DNA of 63,592 nucleotides, filler included, from Octopus bimaculoides (Eukaryota), in NCBI RefSeq assembly GCF_001194135.2. It is 6 parts of 5 records of this genome, joined end to end, with 100 filler letters (N's around TTAATTAATTAA, not from the genome) between each part and the next. Parts side by side here need not be neighbours in the genome. Positions count along the whole stretch, not along the records: positions 52,094 to 56,589 come from NW_026379485.1; positions 56,690 to 62,441 come from NC_068988.1; positions 62,542 to 63,592 come from NW_026326560.1; 3 more parts are not named here. The stretch is one strand, 5' to 3'. Shown piece by piece: positions 52,250 through 63,592 of the stretch; the stretch's first letter is position 1; every line of letters begins with the position of its first letter. The notes below the pieces were generated by a model. It was not told where the DNA came from, did no database searches, and saw only the letters and a list, made by a program, of their open reading frames with translations. The position numbers were made by a program, and so were the translations under genes.

Positions 52250-54270
52250 CATCATATAGTTTGTATGATTTCAGAGTAAGAAAAGGAGGAGAGCTCAGCA
52301 GATGAAGTACCAATTAAAGATAAAAGTGTGAGACTCAAAGGAGTGAGAATGAGAGAGGCTTTAAATGAGAAGCTGAGTATGGATGACGATGAAATCATTG
52401 AACATGAAAATGGTTAGAAGTCACTGAAGGATAATTTTTTAGTAACTAGTGATGGTGTGTATGGATGAACAAGAGATCCACCAAGACACTCAGAGAGGTG
52501 GTGATAAAATGATGAAAAGAGGAAGAAGTTCAGAGAATGGCAGGGGTTATGGGATATCAATAGCAGAAGATACACCTCATGAAAGTCACAAAGCAGCAAG
52601 AAGGCTATAAAGAAAGAAGTACATTAAAAAATATTCAGAGTACATATGGATTGAAAGCAAGGTCAGAGAAAGGTATTTAAGATTGCAAAACAACAAGAGA
52701 GAAAGGATAAAGTGGAATAAATTGTGAACAGAGATGGAACTAAGGGAAAGTTAAAAGGATATGTGGGGAGGTTGTTCAATGTGAGAAATTAATTGGATGA
52801 AAGTATAGAGAGCTATTCACTTTTTGGAATGGCAGAGGAGATAACTGAAAAAGTATTTGAGAAATTAATAAAAGAATTGAACAACTGAAAAGCAGGAGGT
52901 CTGAGAAAAGTTATGGAAAGTATGTTAAAACTTGTGGGAAGTTAGAGTATGAAGAAAATTACAGAGATTTATAGGTTGGTTGGGGAAAAGGTCATATTCC
53001 AGTTGACTGGGAATTCTTCTGTTCAAGAGAAAAGTGATTCTCAAGACTGTGGCTTGTTTAGAGAAATTAAGCTAATGGAGCATGGAATGAAGTTAGTAGA
53101 GAGTTAGTAGTCAAGAGAATAATACAGGAAGTGAAGAGTAATGAAATACAGGCTTTTTTTTTACAAGGAATAATGCCTATTTCTTTCACTAGCTCTCAAA
53201 GATTGGTGACTTTATGTCATTAATGTTCTGTTTATTTGTTAAAAGCTGGGTCATTTACATCAGAAAGAGGAACAACTATTGCATTTTTCTTTTTTATTAT
53301 TGTGAGGCAGTTAAAAGAGAAAATGTTTTTAGGCTAGATGAAGTTTTTGATAGCATTTTATACAAAATAGTGACAGGGGCATTAAGAGAGTTAAAATGTA
53401 GAGTGGGGATTGCTTAGAGCAGAGAAGACAGTGTATGAGAGAGTGTGCATAGTTGTAAGGATAGGTACTAGCAAGAAGGGAAGCATGTGATGAGATGGAA
53501 AGAACAGGGTAATGACCATGTGCAATATGCATAAAGGGTATTGGAACTCCTTTAAATGTACCCTATCCACTGGGTGAATTCATTAAAAATTAATTAATGT
53601 GCCAGGCATATTTAAGTATATGTATAGACAGAGCTGTATTTAGAGGGTAAGTTGAACTGAGTCTTGAAAATGGTATGAAGATGAAAGGTGTGAAAGCATT
53701 TGGTTACCTCAGACCTTTCAAATGGCAATGGTGGCTAGAGTGGGATGTACATGGATGNNNNNNNNNNTTCCAGAATGTGAGTAGTATTGTAATGAAAAGA
53801 TGGGTACCACTGAAAATAAATGGAAAAAGGTTTATGCAGCATGAGTAAGAAGTACTATGAATTATGGGAACAAGTGTTATGATTTATGGGACCTGTATAA
53901 ATGTGAAGTAGCACAGAAAGTTGGAAAAAGAACTTAGAATGGTTTGGTAGATGAACTGAGTATCACGAATAGAGAAGAATACAACCAATGAAGGGCAGAT
54001 AATAGGAATATAGTTAGTGATGGACGCTGTGAAGAAAAATGACCAGGTCATATGCTGGGGATGGATGAAAGTGACTAAGTGAGAGGAATGATGGAAACGA
54101 ATGTGGAGGGAGTCAGAGGAAGTGGGAGAACAAAACAGACATTGTTAAAGATTAATGCAGAGGAAATGAGGGCAAGGGTATTAGTGAGGGAAAATGAAGG
54201 CAATGAAACAAAATGGAGAAGACCATCATTGGACTCATAAAGCTAACCCCAGTTTTATGAATGAAAATAG
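52250..54270 (+). mobile_element. Heavily decayed RTE-like LINE
   Basis: Long purine-rich stretch with RTE-like remnants (GHMLGMDE...VEGVRGSGRTKQT near 54040-54140) and many stops and frameshifts. Confidence 0.55.
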
Positions 54271-54399
54271 CCTTAAATCTTTTGTTGTAGAATGTGTTGT
54301 TCTCACATCTGGGACAGTATTACTATTGCATACACAAACATCCTAGATTGCATCCAAGGAAAAGTCATTCAACTTCTTCGCATTGTATTACTCAGAGTA

Positions 54400-54615
54400 A
54401 GGCAGCAAGCTGGCTTAATCACTAGCATGCCAAGCAAAATGCTTTGTGGCATTTCACCCATCTTCACATTCTGAGTTCAAATTCCACTGAGGCCTACTTT
54501 GCCTTTCATCCTTTTGGGATTGATAAATTAAGTACCAGTTGAGTATTTGGGTCGACGTAACCAGCTTAGCTCTCCCCTCAAGCTTCAGGCCTTGTGCCTA
54601 TAGTAGAAAGGATTA
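54400..54615 (+). mobile_element. SINE type D, CpG-decayed
   Basis: gcaagctggc...ttctgagttcaaattccactgagg...tttcatccttttgggattgataaattaagtaccag. Confidence 0.85.
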
Positions 54616-55088
54616 TATTACTCAGTCTCACTCTAGCCACTGGCCTACAAACATGCGGTTGTCTCTCTCTACTTTTGACACCACCACTATAATGGCCTGT
54701 TCCTCAGAACAACATGGTCTCATGCCACCCCAGCTCAAGCAGTCCCAACCCATCACCCATGTAGTGTCCAACTCTGCCAGGCTCTGTACTAACCACAATG
54801 CTCAGTCCTTCTTCTCCAAGACATCAGCCTTCTGACATTTCCTTTCTGCTAATGATCATCCTGCACATGTTTGTTTTCTCAAATAAAAACAAACAAAAGC
54901 AATCAGAGTAATGGTATGAATTTCTTCAGTCTTGGAAGAAAAGCAAAAACCATGGGTACTTCCTCTTTTTCCCAACCTAGCAAGTAAAATCATAAAATTC
55001 TATAAGCTTTTCATTTTCCTACACACTTTAAACGCTTGGTCTCTTGTCATGATATTTACTTAAAATGAAATATTACTTTATTTTGCAG

Positions 55089-55394
55089 GCCAATATATAG
55101 TGTCAAATTCTAGTGAAGAAAGCAAACTTACAGTACCTGAAATAACCATTAAAGACACTTTCTGCTTTAACTTTCATTACATGTTTTATGGAAACGGTAC
55201 TGTATCGGTTTATGATAATGATACTTACCTAATGAGCCTTTCTAAATTTGAATATGACATGTGGAGAGGTGTCAATATCACTTTGTCTGGAGGAATTCAC
55301 AACATTCACTTTGCATACTCAAATGGAAACAGCACATCTGGAGCAATGGCACTTGACAGTGTTTCAATAATCCCAGGAAGATGTTTACACAAAC
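55089..55394 (+). CDS. Internal coding exon, C-terminal part of a MAM domain, from an extracellular or receptor-type modular protein
   Basis: Acceptor tttatttttgcAG|GC at 55088/55089 and donor AAAC|GTaaga at 55394/55395. The exon is 306 bp, phase 1-1 and stop-free: (G)QYIVSNSSEESKLTVPEITIKDTFCFNFHYMFYGNGTVSVYDNDTYLMSLSKFEYDMWRGVNITLSGGIHNIHFAYSNGNSTSGAMALDSVSIIPGRCLHK. It fits MAM hallmarks (G-x-Y, C-x-x-F-x-Y-M-x-G, W-x-x-V-x-I-x-L, G-x-x-A-L-D-x-V-x-I-x-x-G-x-C) and has several N-x-S/T sequons. Confidence 0.85.
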
Positions 55395-55896
55395 GTAAGA
55401 CAGTTTAAATCTTTATTTTTCTTGATATTTGTATTTCAGAAAATAAACAGAATTTATCAAATAAGAGGATATGACAAAGACAACATAAATTAGCCACAAA
55501 AGTTCCATTTTTATAATCTATCAAGAATAAAACTTTCATTTCTTCCATATTTTCATAACAAATTCCAGCACATCATCACTAAAAGCATTTCCCCTGATAA
55601 TGCACATCCTCAACAAAGAAGAGAACATAGCAAAAACTGGCTTCCTCTTCAGCACCACAAAATATATCAGTCTCCATTTTCCATCAACTATTAATCCTCC
55701 ATGAAGCTCAGGTGAGTCTCTCAATGGAATACTGCTGCTANNNNNNNNNNNNNNNNNNNNNNNNNNNNNNNNNNNNNNNNNNNNNNNNNNNNNNNNNNNN
55801 NNNNNNNNNNNNNNNNNNNNNNNNNNNNNNNNNNNNNNNNNNNNNNNNNNNNNNNNNNNNNNNNNNNNNNNNNNNNNNNNNNNNNNNNNNNNNNNN

Positions 55897-55940
55897 CACT
55901 ACAACACACAGAGACATCGAAGAACCACATCCAAAGGAAG
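55897..55940 (+). CDS. Possible 3' end of an exon with a Thr-rich linker; its 5' part would be hidden in the gap
   Basis: Reads TTTHRDIEEPHPKE, then AAG|GTaacc (phase-1 donor). It follows the 55741-55896 gap, which is bordered by ACT/GCT triplets, and is phase-compatible with the MAM exon 0.5 kb upstream. Confidence 0.27.
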
Positions 55941-55974
55941 GTAACCTAAATGATTAGCAATGACATAATAATCC

Positions 55975-56190
55975 TTTCTACTCTAGGCACAGGGCCTGAA
56001 ACTTTGGGAGTGGGAGGACTAGTCGACTACATCGACCCCAGTGTGCCACTAGTACGTATTTCATCAATCCCACAAGAATGAAAGACAAAGTCAACCTCAG
56101 CAGAATTTGAACTCAGAACAAAAAGATAAGCAAAATGCCACTAAGCATTTTGCCCAGCATGCTAACAATTCTGCCTACTCACCACCTTGA
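55975..56190 (-). mobile_element. SINE type D
   Basis: ctaggcacagggcctgaa...gtcgactacatcgacccc...gcagaatttgaactcagaac...ctcaccacc. Confidence 0.8.
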
Positions 56191-56294
56191 GCAATGATAT
56201 AATAATGACCCCAATAATTTTTCCCATGTGTTTCTAGCTGAAATACTGTTAATAAATATAACATTCACCGATCTGCAAGACATCACCATCATTT

Positions 56295-56480
56295 AACATT
56301 CATTTTCCTTACTGACATAGGTAGAATAGTTTGATAGGAACTTCACCAGGCTCCATTGTCTGCTTTGGCATGCTTTGTTTGGTTGGATGCCCTTCCTAAT
56401 GCCAACCACTTCAAAGAGTGTACAGGGTAGTTTTACATGGCACCAGCCCCAGTCCTTTTTATGCAGCACCAGCACTGAGT
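56295..56480 (-). mobile_element. RTE-tail SINE remnant
   Basis: ggatgcccttcctaatgccaaccact is the reverse complement of the tail at about 49465-49495. Confidence 0.65.
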
Positions 56481-56589
56481 CAGACAGATTAAGCTTTCTT
56501 ACCACTCTGATCCAAATAACTACCAAAATCTATAGACAAATTGAATTTGCCTAATGATCTTTTTTAATATTCAAAAACATTTTTTTTTT

Positions 56590-56689
56590 NNNNNNNNNNN
56601 NNNNNNNNNNNNNNNNNNNNNNNNNNNNNNNNNTTAATTAATTAANNNNNNNNNNNNNNNNNNNNNNNNNNNNNNNNNNNNNNNNNNNN
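56590..56689. other. Artificial scaffold linker N44-TTAATTAATTAA-N44
   Basis: 12-mer at 56634-56645. Confidence 0.95.
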
Positions 56690-57040
56690 ATTCCATAGTG
56701 TTGGCATAGCTTCTAGTGTATGTAGGTCCCAGCTCTGTCGTGTCTGTGAATGTATTCCTTCTTAGCCAGGACTGGGCAGCCAGAGATAATATGATTTATT
56801 GTTTCTTGTCCATCACCACATATTCTGCAGTTACTTGTTATGTTTCTTTTCATTATATGTTTTTGATAATTTCTGGTGGGGAGGCTTTGGTTTTGTGCAG
56901 CAATTAAAAATCCTTCAGTCTCTGCTTTGAGTCCTGAGCTTCTCAACCATTGCTGGGATTTTTCTCTGTCTATTTCTTTTGCATTTAGTTTAGCCCAGTA
57001 TTTACCATGTAGGGGCTTTTCTTGCCATCGTCATTATGGC
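56690..57040 (-). mobile_element. R4/Dong-like RLE LINE fragment (CCHC zinc-knuckle region)
   Basis: RWQEKPLHGKYWAKLNAKEIDREKSQQWLRSSGLKAETEGFLIAAQNQSLPTRNY...CRICGDGQETINHIISGCPVLAKKEYIHRHDRAGTYIH*KLCQHYG. One W-to-stop change; truncated at a scaffold linker. Confidence 0.9.
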
Positions 57041-57303
57041 TCACTAGGGAGTGATGAAAACCATAACATCACACTACCTATCATAAAAATCAAGAACGTT
57101 GCAATTTTTTAAAAGTAAGCCCCTATTAATAATCAGACGACCGTAACAAATGCATAAACATCACAACAGTTCCCATATTTATTGATTTTATGTGTTATGC
57201 ACTTTACGATGCCACAAACACGTAATCAATATATTTGCGTTAAAGTGATTACGATCGAGTAAAACCTGTTGCTTTAGATCATCCAAAGTCGAACTAATTG
57301 CCT

Positions 57304-57347
<44 letters not shown>

Positions 57348-57410
57348 ACACAAACACTCACACACACACACACTCACACACACATGTACACAAACACACA
57401 CAAACACAAA

Positions 57411-57444
<34 letters not shown>

Positions 57445-57786
57445 AACGAAAACAAAAGCGCACATATATTACTGTTGGAGCTGTTAAGTTATGAACAACA
57501 ATAAAGTTACTCATTATTAATGTACTCGAGGCTGATGGTTGAATCTAGTTTATGAATATAGATACAGATAGTGCTTCATTGTAACTCTGAGTTTTGCGTA
57601 TTTCGGGGTGTAGTCAAACAGTTACTGTTTGAATTAATCAAGATGTCATTTATGCAAATTTCTGCAAGTATTATTTAAATTTTAATTTATGTGATTCCTG
57701 CCGCAGTCTGTCATTGCTGTACCAATCTGCAAAGAGAAAGGGCGTAATACCGTTTCTCATAGCTCGGCTTCTATCACATTTACGTG

Positions 57787-57885
<99 letters not shown>

Positions 57886-57940
57886 AACACACACACAACA
57901 AACACACACACACACATATGTATGTATGTATGTATGTATG

Positions 57941-57970
57941 CGTGAAGGCGCGTGGCTTAGTGGTTAGGGC
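57941..57970 (+). mobile_element. SINE type B head fragment
   Basis: gtgaaggcgcgtggcttagtggttagggc. Confidence 0.5.
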
Positions 57971-58512
57971 AAACATGGGCTCAGGGTCATTTAGTTTATT
58001 TTTTTTTTAATTATCAAAATAATAATCGTTAAGCGCTGCTACACTGACAATATTAATAAGTCGGATTTGGCTTGGTTTTACTTTCTGTGGTATTATAATT
58101 ATGATTTTATTTTCGATTCAGAGAAGTCCTTAATATTAAGGAATAGAAAGCGGTGTTTCAACATTTGTTTAAATCTTTTCGGCTCAGTGGTGCAAGTGAT
58201 TCTGGGACCCCAGTATTTCTACATGATATGATTCGTCAGTCAGGAGTACTGGAAACATTTGCGCCCAAATAAGCCACTGGCTTTGTATATACTTCTAACG
58301 AACAAAACTGTCTGCTGGTCAAGTGATTGGGTTGTCTGTTAATTACGTTACATACAACGCTAACAAAAATATTTTGGAAAAGGCAAAATAGAAGAAGCAT
58401 TTGAACAAGAGAAAGTAATTTTAGTTCATGCGTCATTATCTGTGGAGAAAGAATGCTGAATATGAATAATATTAGAATAAAGAATTGGTTGAACATGAAT
58501 ATATATATATAT

Positions 58513-58607
58513 AGTGAAGTATATTTGCCATTTAAATGTGGCTGACCCCTAAGGGTGGATGTTACTGTTAGGGGTCAGCCACATTTAAATGGCAAATATA
58601 CTTCACT
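58513..58607. mobile_element. Short copy of the same palindromic element with perfect 40-bp arms
   Basis: agtgaagtatatttgccatttaaatgtggctgacccctaa - 15 nt - ttaggggtcagccacatttaaatggcaaatatacttcact. Confidence 0.87.
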
Positions 58608-59310
58608 TTATCGTGCAGTTACTGTTAACACCTCGTTCAGAGATTTAACATATATATANNNNNNNNNNNNNNNNNNNNNNNNNNNNNNNNNNNNNNNNNN
58701 NNNNNNNNNNNNNNNNNNNNNNNNNNNNNNNNNNNNNNNNNNNNNNNNNNNNNNNNNNNNNNNNNNNNNNNNNNNNNNNNNNNNNNNNNNNNNNNNNNNN
58801 NNNNNNNNNNNNNNNNNNNNNNNNNNNNNNNNNNNNNNNNNNNNNNNNNNNNNNNNNNNNNNNNNNNNNNNNNNNNNNNNNNNNNNNNNNNNNNNNNNNN
58901 NNNNNNNNNNNNNNNNNNNNNNNNNNNNNNNNNNNNNNNNNNNNNNNNNNNNNNNNNNNNNNNNNNNNNNNNNNNNNNNNNNNNNNNNNNNNNNNNNNNN
59001 NNNNNNNNNNNNNNNNNNNNNNNNNNNNNNNNNNNNNNNNNNNNNNNNNNNNNNNNNNNNNNNNNNNNNNNNNNNNNNNNNNNNNNNNNNNNNNNNNNNN
59101 NNNNNNNNNNNNNNNNNNNNNNNNNNNNNNNNNNNNNNNNNNNNNNNNNNNNNNNNNNNNNNNNNNNNNNNNNNNNNNNNNNNNNNNNNNNNNNNNNNNN
59201 NNNNNNNNNNNNNNNNNNNNNNNNNNNNNNNNNNNNNNNNNNNNNNNNNNNNNNNNNNNNNNNNNNNNNNNNNNNNNNNNNNNNNNNNNNNNNNNNNNNN
59301 NNNNNNNNNN

Positions 59311-59372
<62 letters not shown>

Positions 59373-59397
59373 AGTGTGTGTGTGTGTGTGTGTGTAC

Positions 59398-59444
<47 letters not shown>

Positions 59445-59840
59445 TAGTATGTGTGTACGCATGTATGTATGTATGTATGTATGTGTGTCAGTGCATGTAT
59501 ATATACACGTATATACATATATCTATATACAAATACATACCTACATCTGTCTATCTATCTAAATACATACGTACGTACATACATACATACATACATACAT
59601 ACATACATACATACATACATACATACATACATACACGCATAGGCATTCACACGCGCGCTGAAGTACATACACACACACTTGATATTTAGTGTACGGCTTG
59701 GTTCGCATAAAACTGTCATTGACTAATTAACTCTCAGTACTTTATAGAGTAGAAAAATAACTTTTATATGAGGTGAAGGCGATGTGCAAACGATTTTACG
59801 TAGACATATGCACATACATGCGTACATGCATATATAAACT

Positions 59841-59977
<137 letters not shown>

Positions 59978-60189
59978 ACACTATATATGTATGTATATTA
60001 TTTGATATACGTAGGAGTTAAATCCTATGTATATTGCTTATTGATTGATATTTATGTTTCGCTAGAGTACTTAGTAGTTGGTATCCTCCCATAAACGAAA
60101 CACTTTATGTGTATGTATATGTTTGGGTGGGGGGGCGTGTGTGTGTATGTATGTATGTACGTATATATATAAAAACACACACATGCACA

Positions 60190-60228
<39 letters not shown>

Positions 60229-60235
60229 ACATACA

Positions 60236-60617
60236 CAGGGTGTGGTGAATAGACTGTTATTTAAATTACGCAAAAATGAAAAGAACAGCGATTCTTATTT
60301 TAACAGATATAATTACCAAAATTACATAAACACATCTTGAAATACTAAAGAGTAAATTTATTCAATAAAATCGCCATTGACTTCAACCACGACCTCCAGA
60401 CGATTTTGGAGTATACTGCAACTCTTTTGGATAGTCTCCTTGTTTAAATTGATGAATGCTTCCATAATCCTTACCGTCAGTTCATCTTTGATGTTACAAG
60501 GAGTTTTGTTGGTCTCTCGCTCGACTTCGCCCCACACATAATAATCAAATCGGTTGCAGTTTGGAAAGTTAAGTGGCCAGATGTTAGAGGTGATGTGGTC
60601 GCAGATATTGTCTGATT
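60236..60617 (-). mobile_element. Tc1/mariner (DD37D/maT-like) transposase C-terminus and right end
   Basis: CDHITSNIWPLNFPNCNRFDYYVWGEVERETNKTPCNIKDEL...RLEVVVEVNGDFIE* is a degenerate WPPxSPDxNPxDY...WG motif; CAGGGTG terminus at 60236. Confidence 0.85.
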
Positions 60618-62190
60618 TTGTCACATGCGGATATGATCCAAAAGGTTCAGCTCTTGAATTTAGACATGTAGAGGGGTCCAAGGAGCTTCTCCAGATAAGC
60701 CATCTTCCATATTACAAAGACGAGACTTGCCACTACCGTTGGCTAAGATCTTCCAGTAAATCCTAAAGCTGACACCTTGTTCTTTTAAGAACCATATATA
60801 ACTGGATAATTTGGTAGTTTTTCGTTTATTCCAGTGTCTGAAGCTTAAGGTGTGATTGTTGAACTTTGATTTGAAATTTTCCTCAGTGAGACCCACATAT
60901 CTCTTTGATGAAACTGTATTATTATCGTTCGTAGAATTTACGGTGGTTTCATACAGATTCCATTTAGCGGGCACAAGTCTTTATATCTGCAGGAACAGCC
61001 AATTCGTATTGTTGTTTTGCATTGTATGTAATTATGTTTTTTTTAAATTTGGAGTTGAACTAAAACTAATTTTAGGTTATGCTTATTAAAGAGTTTCCTA
61101 TATCTATGATGTATTGGAAAATGTCTATCTATAAGTGACAAGAAATATCTACCTGTATGAAAGGTCACTTCGGAGGAGTAAGGGGATGTGAACCAGATAA
61201 TTTTTCTGTGTCTATGTTTTCTTTTCTTTATTTCTGACCTAATAACAGGCGTGTAACCTATTTCCTCTTTAAATCCACTAGCTTTAAGGGCATTGTTATA
61301 CATTGGGGCAGCATTATTAAACATGTTTATATTGGAGGAGAAGCTAGAAATTCTCCTACTAATATTCTTAACAAAATTCCTAAACACTATGGAGGGTAGG
61401 GTGTCAGGAACCTACATTAATATAACTATGTCTATCGTTGGGATTTCTATAGGGTTTGTAAATATTCTTTTGTATCTAGAGATACGTCAAGGAAATTGAC
61501 AACCGTCGGGTTAGTATCTATTGTTATGCTAAGATCAAATGTTTTCATAAGATGGATACTATCCTTCCTTAACCGATCTTGCGCTGGTCCATTCGTATTC
61601 TTAGCTAAAGCTAGAGCATCATTCTTATAAATGGCGAAGAGTAAGGTCTTTCTAGCATGGAAGATTATATCCTTATATTGTTCACTAATCTCTGTAAAAT
61701 CGCTTGCGAAAGTGAGGGCTTTATCTAGCAGTTTTCTAGAAATGGATGCATAGAAATCTACAATATCAAATTGTGTAAATTTTGCTTCATTCCTATTTCT
61801 AATTGCTTTAAACCAGTTGACAACTTCTATACTATTGGACCATTATACTAAGTTAGTTTCCCTTTTAACTTTAGCATGGATTTTTCTTAAAATTTCCGTA
61901 CTAATTATACCAATTTCTGATTTTGCTGGGTTAATTAGTCTGCATTTAGTATTAGGTAAGAAGTTCTTTATATGGTCCTTAATAGTTATAAAGGCCTCTT
62001 TTTTGGAAGGATCTCTATTTTCTTATCTAATTTAAACCTAGCGGTAATGATAGTAGCCTCTTTATTAATGTCGTTATAAACTTGCGATCTAACTTTAGTG
62101 TAATTACTAATAACATTGTTATGTAGTAGTTGTGAGCATGTGCTGTTGTCTACAAGGTATAAGTTCTTGGTTTTATCAGAAAAAAGTGGT
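60618..62190 (-). mobile_element. Penelope-like element (RT plus GIY-YIG), inactivated
   Basis: DKTKNLY...EAFITIKDHIKNFLPNTKCRLINPAKSEIG...QFDIVDFYASIS...FHARKTLLF|AIYKNDAL...NFLDVSL...ISRRISSFSSN...YNNALKASGF...KIIWFTSPYS...IDRHFP...LYETTV...YVGLTEENFK...LSSYIWFLK...LNSRAE. Contains stops and frameshifts. Confidence 0.93.
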
Positions 62191-62312
62191 TTTTTTTAAC
62201 TTTTAATGTTTTAATGTCTTTTTTCAGTTTCAATTGAAAAGTATTAAAGGACCTCTATCTAATATCGAGGTCTCATTCTTTTGTTGTCACTTTTTATTAT
62301 TATTATTATTAT

Positions 62313-62376
<64 letters not shown>

Positions 62377-62441
62377 CAGTTATACATATATATATATAAA
62401 ATCAGTTATATATATATATATATATATATATAAACATATAT

Positions 62442-62541
62442 NNNNNNNNNNNNNNNNNNNNNNNNNNNNNNNNNNNNNNNNNNNNTTAATTAATTAANNN
62501 NNNNNNNNNNNNNNNNNNNNNNNNNNNNNNNNNNNNNNNNN
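62442..62541. other. Artificial scaffold linker N44-TTAATTAATTAA-N44
   Basis: 12-mer at 62486-62497. Confidence 0.95.
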
Positions 62542-63464
62542 ATCACCATCATTATTATTAGCAATACACATCCAAAAAAACAGAAACCATTTAAATCTAA
62601 TTTTCATAGTTGACTCATGAAAATATACAAAACAGGATGAAAAAGTAATAGATGGCACACAACTTTCCATCCCAAATGTGCAATGAACGACCAAACGGTA
62701 AATTTCCTCAAATCTAAACCTAAAACTTTTATATTATAATTTCATTTACTGTTCAATTTAGAACGCTATAAAATCCGTTACAGTAATAATCATCAAAATA
62801 AATATCAAATTTAATAAATAAATAAATAAAGAATGTAAGAAAGAAAGAAAGAAATAAAGAAATCATGCCGTAGAAAACATTTTTTTTTAAAAACTATAAC
62901 ATTCAAACTAGAGTAAAACAAAAACACACTTACATGATAATAACAATAATAATAATAATGATGATAATGTTCTTAATAAATTCACTCTAAAAAACTCTAG
63001 CATATACCAATATACACAATTAAAATAAAATTTAATCTTATATCAATTCAGCAAAAAATATATATATATCCCTCAGTACTATCACGTTATTTTACATCTC
63101 AATATCACCTATAATAAAATTCTAACTCACACATACGGTAATTCATACTACCCTTATCTATATTCTAACTATACCTACACACACTCTAATATATATTATA
63201 CATTAAATATTAAATAAATAAACTGAAAAAAATCAAACAAACTCATCTTTACCTATGTACACTACGAATGTAAACAAACCAAAATCGCCTACACCGGAAC
63301 ACCGGTCTTTACCGAAAAAAATCCCCAACCAAAAACTATACCTCATACACATCGTGACTTTCTAATACACCTATCTATATTCTTAATATATTTACCATAC
63401 ACACCAATATACAGAGACAAACACACACACACACACATACATATACACATATATACACATACAT

Positions 63465-63522
<58 letters not shown>

Positions 63523-63558
63523 ATACACATATACACACACATACACATGCATACATGT

Positions 63559-63592
<34 letters not shown>

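Noticed and set aside
55395-55475. Acceptor at 55439 giving a 45-nt intron and terminal QNKQNLSNKRI*
   Set aside because: The intron is implausibly short; no further support.
55569-55711. Segment with a good acceptor and a perfect CAG|GTGAGT donor just after the MAM exon
   Set aside because: All three frames contain stops, so it cannot be an internal coding exon as assembled.
57707-57743. 37-bp AG...GT mini-exon (LCHCCTNLQRER or SVIAVPICKEKG)
   Set aside because: Too short to support without RNA data.

Overview
Eukaryotic, AT-rich, repeat-saturated genomic scaffold. The SINE families and microsatellite load point to a coleoid cephalopod, probably Octopus (inference from recalled repeat families, not a search). 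Almost all ORFs in the six-frame track are artefacts of (TA)n/(CA)n/(TATG)n/trinucleotide repeats or N gaps. Supported features: one convincing spliced exon encoding the C-terminal part of a MAM domain (55089-55394, +, phase 1-1), plus a few weaker exon candidates; many tRNA-headed SINEs of about five types; RTE, R4/Dong-like (RLE) and Penelope-like (GIY-YIG) retroelement remnants; DD37D/maT-type Tc1/mariner transposase fragments; mariner-type and palindromic MITEs; minisatellites; one tRNA-like unit; and five artificial 100-bp N44-TTAATTAATTAA-N44 scaffold linkers. I did not find a demonstrably new multi-gene system. The most interesting leads are the orphan MAM-exon gene, a sharply bounded CpG-depleted domain (about 39.9-57.1 kb), an internal inversion inside an RLE LINE copy, a palindromic MITE family with a centre-deleted derivative, a CCA-ending tRNA-like unit flanked by inverted repeats, and an A/B higher-order minisatellite.
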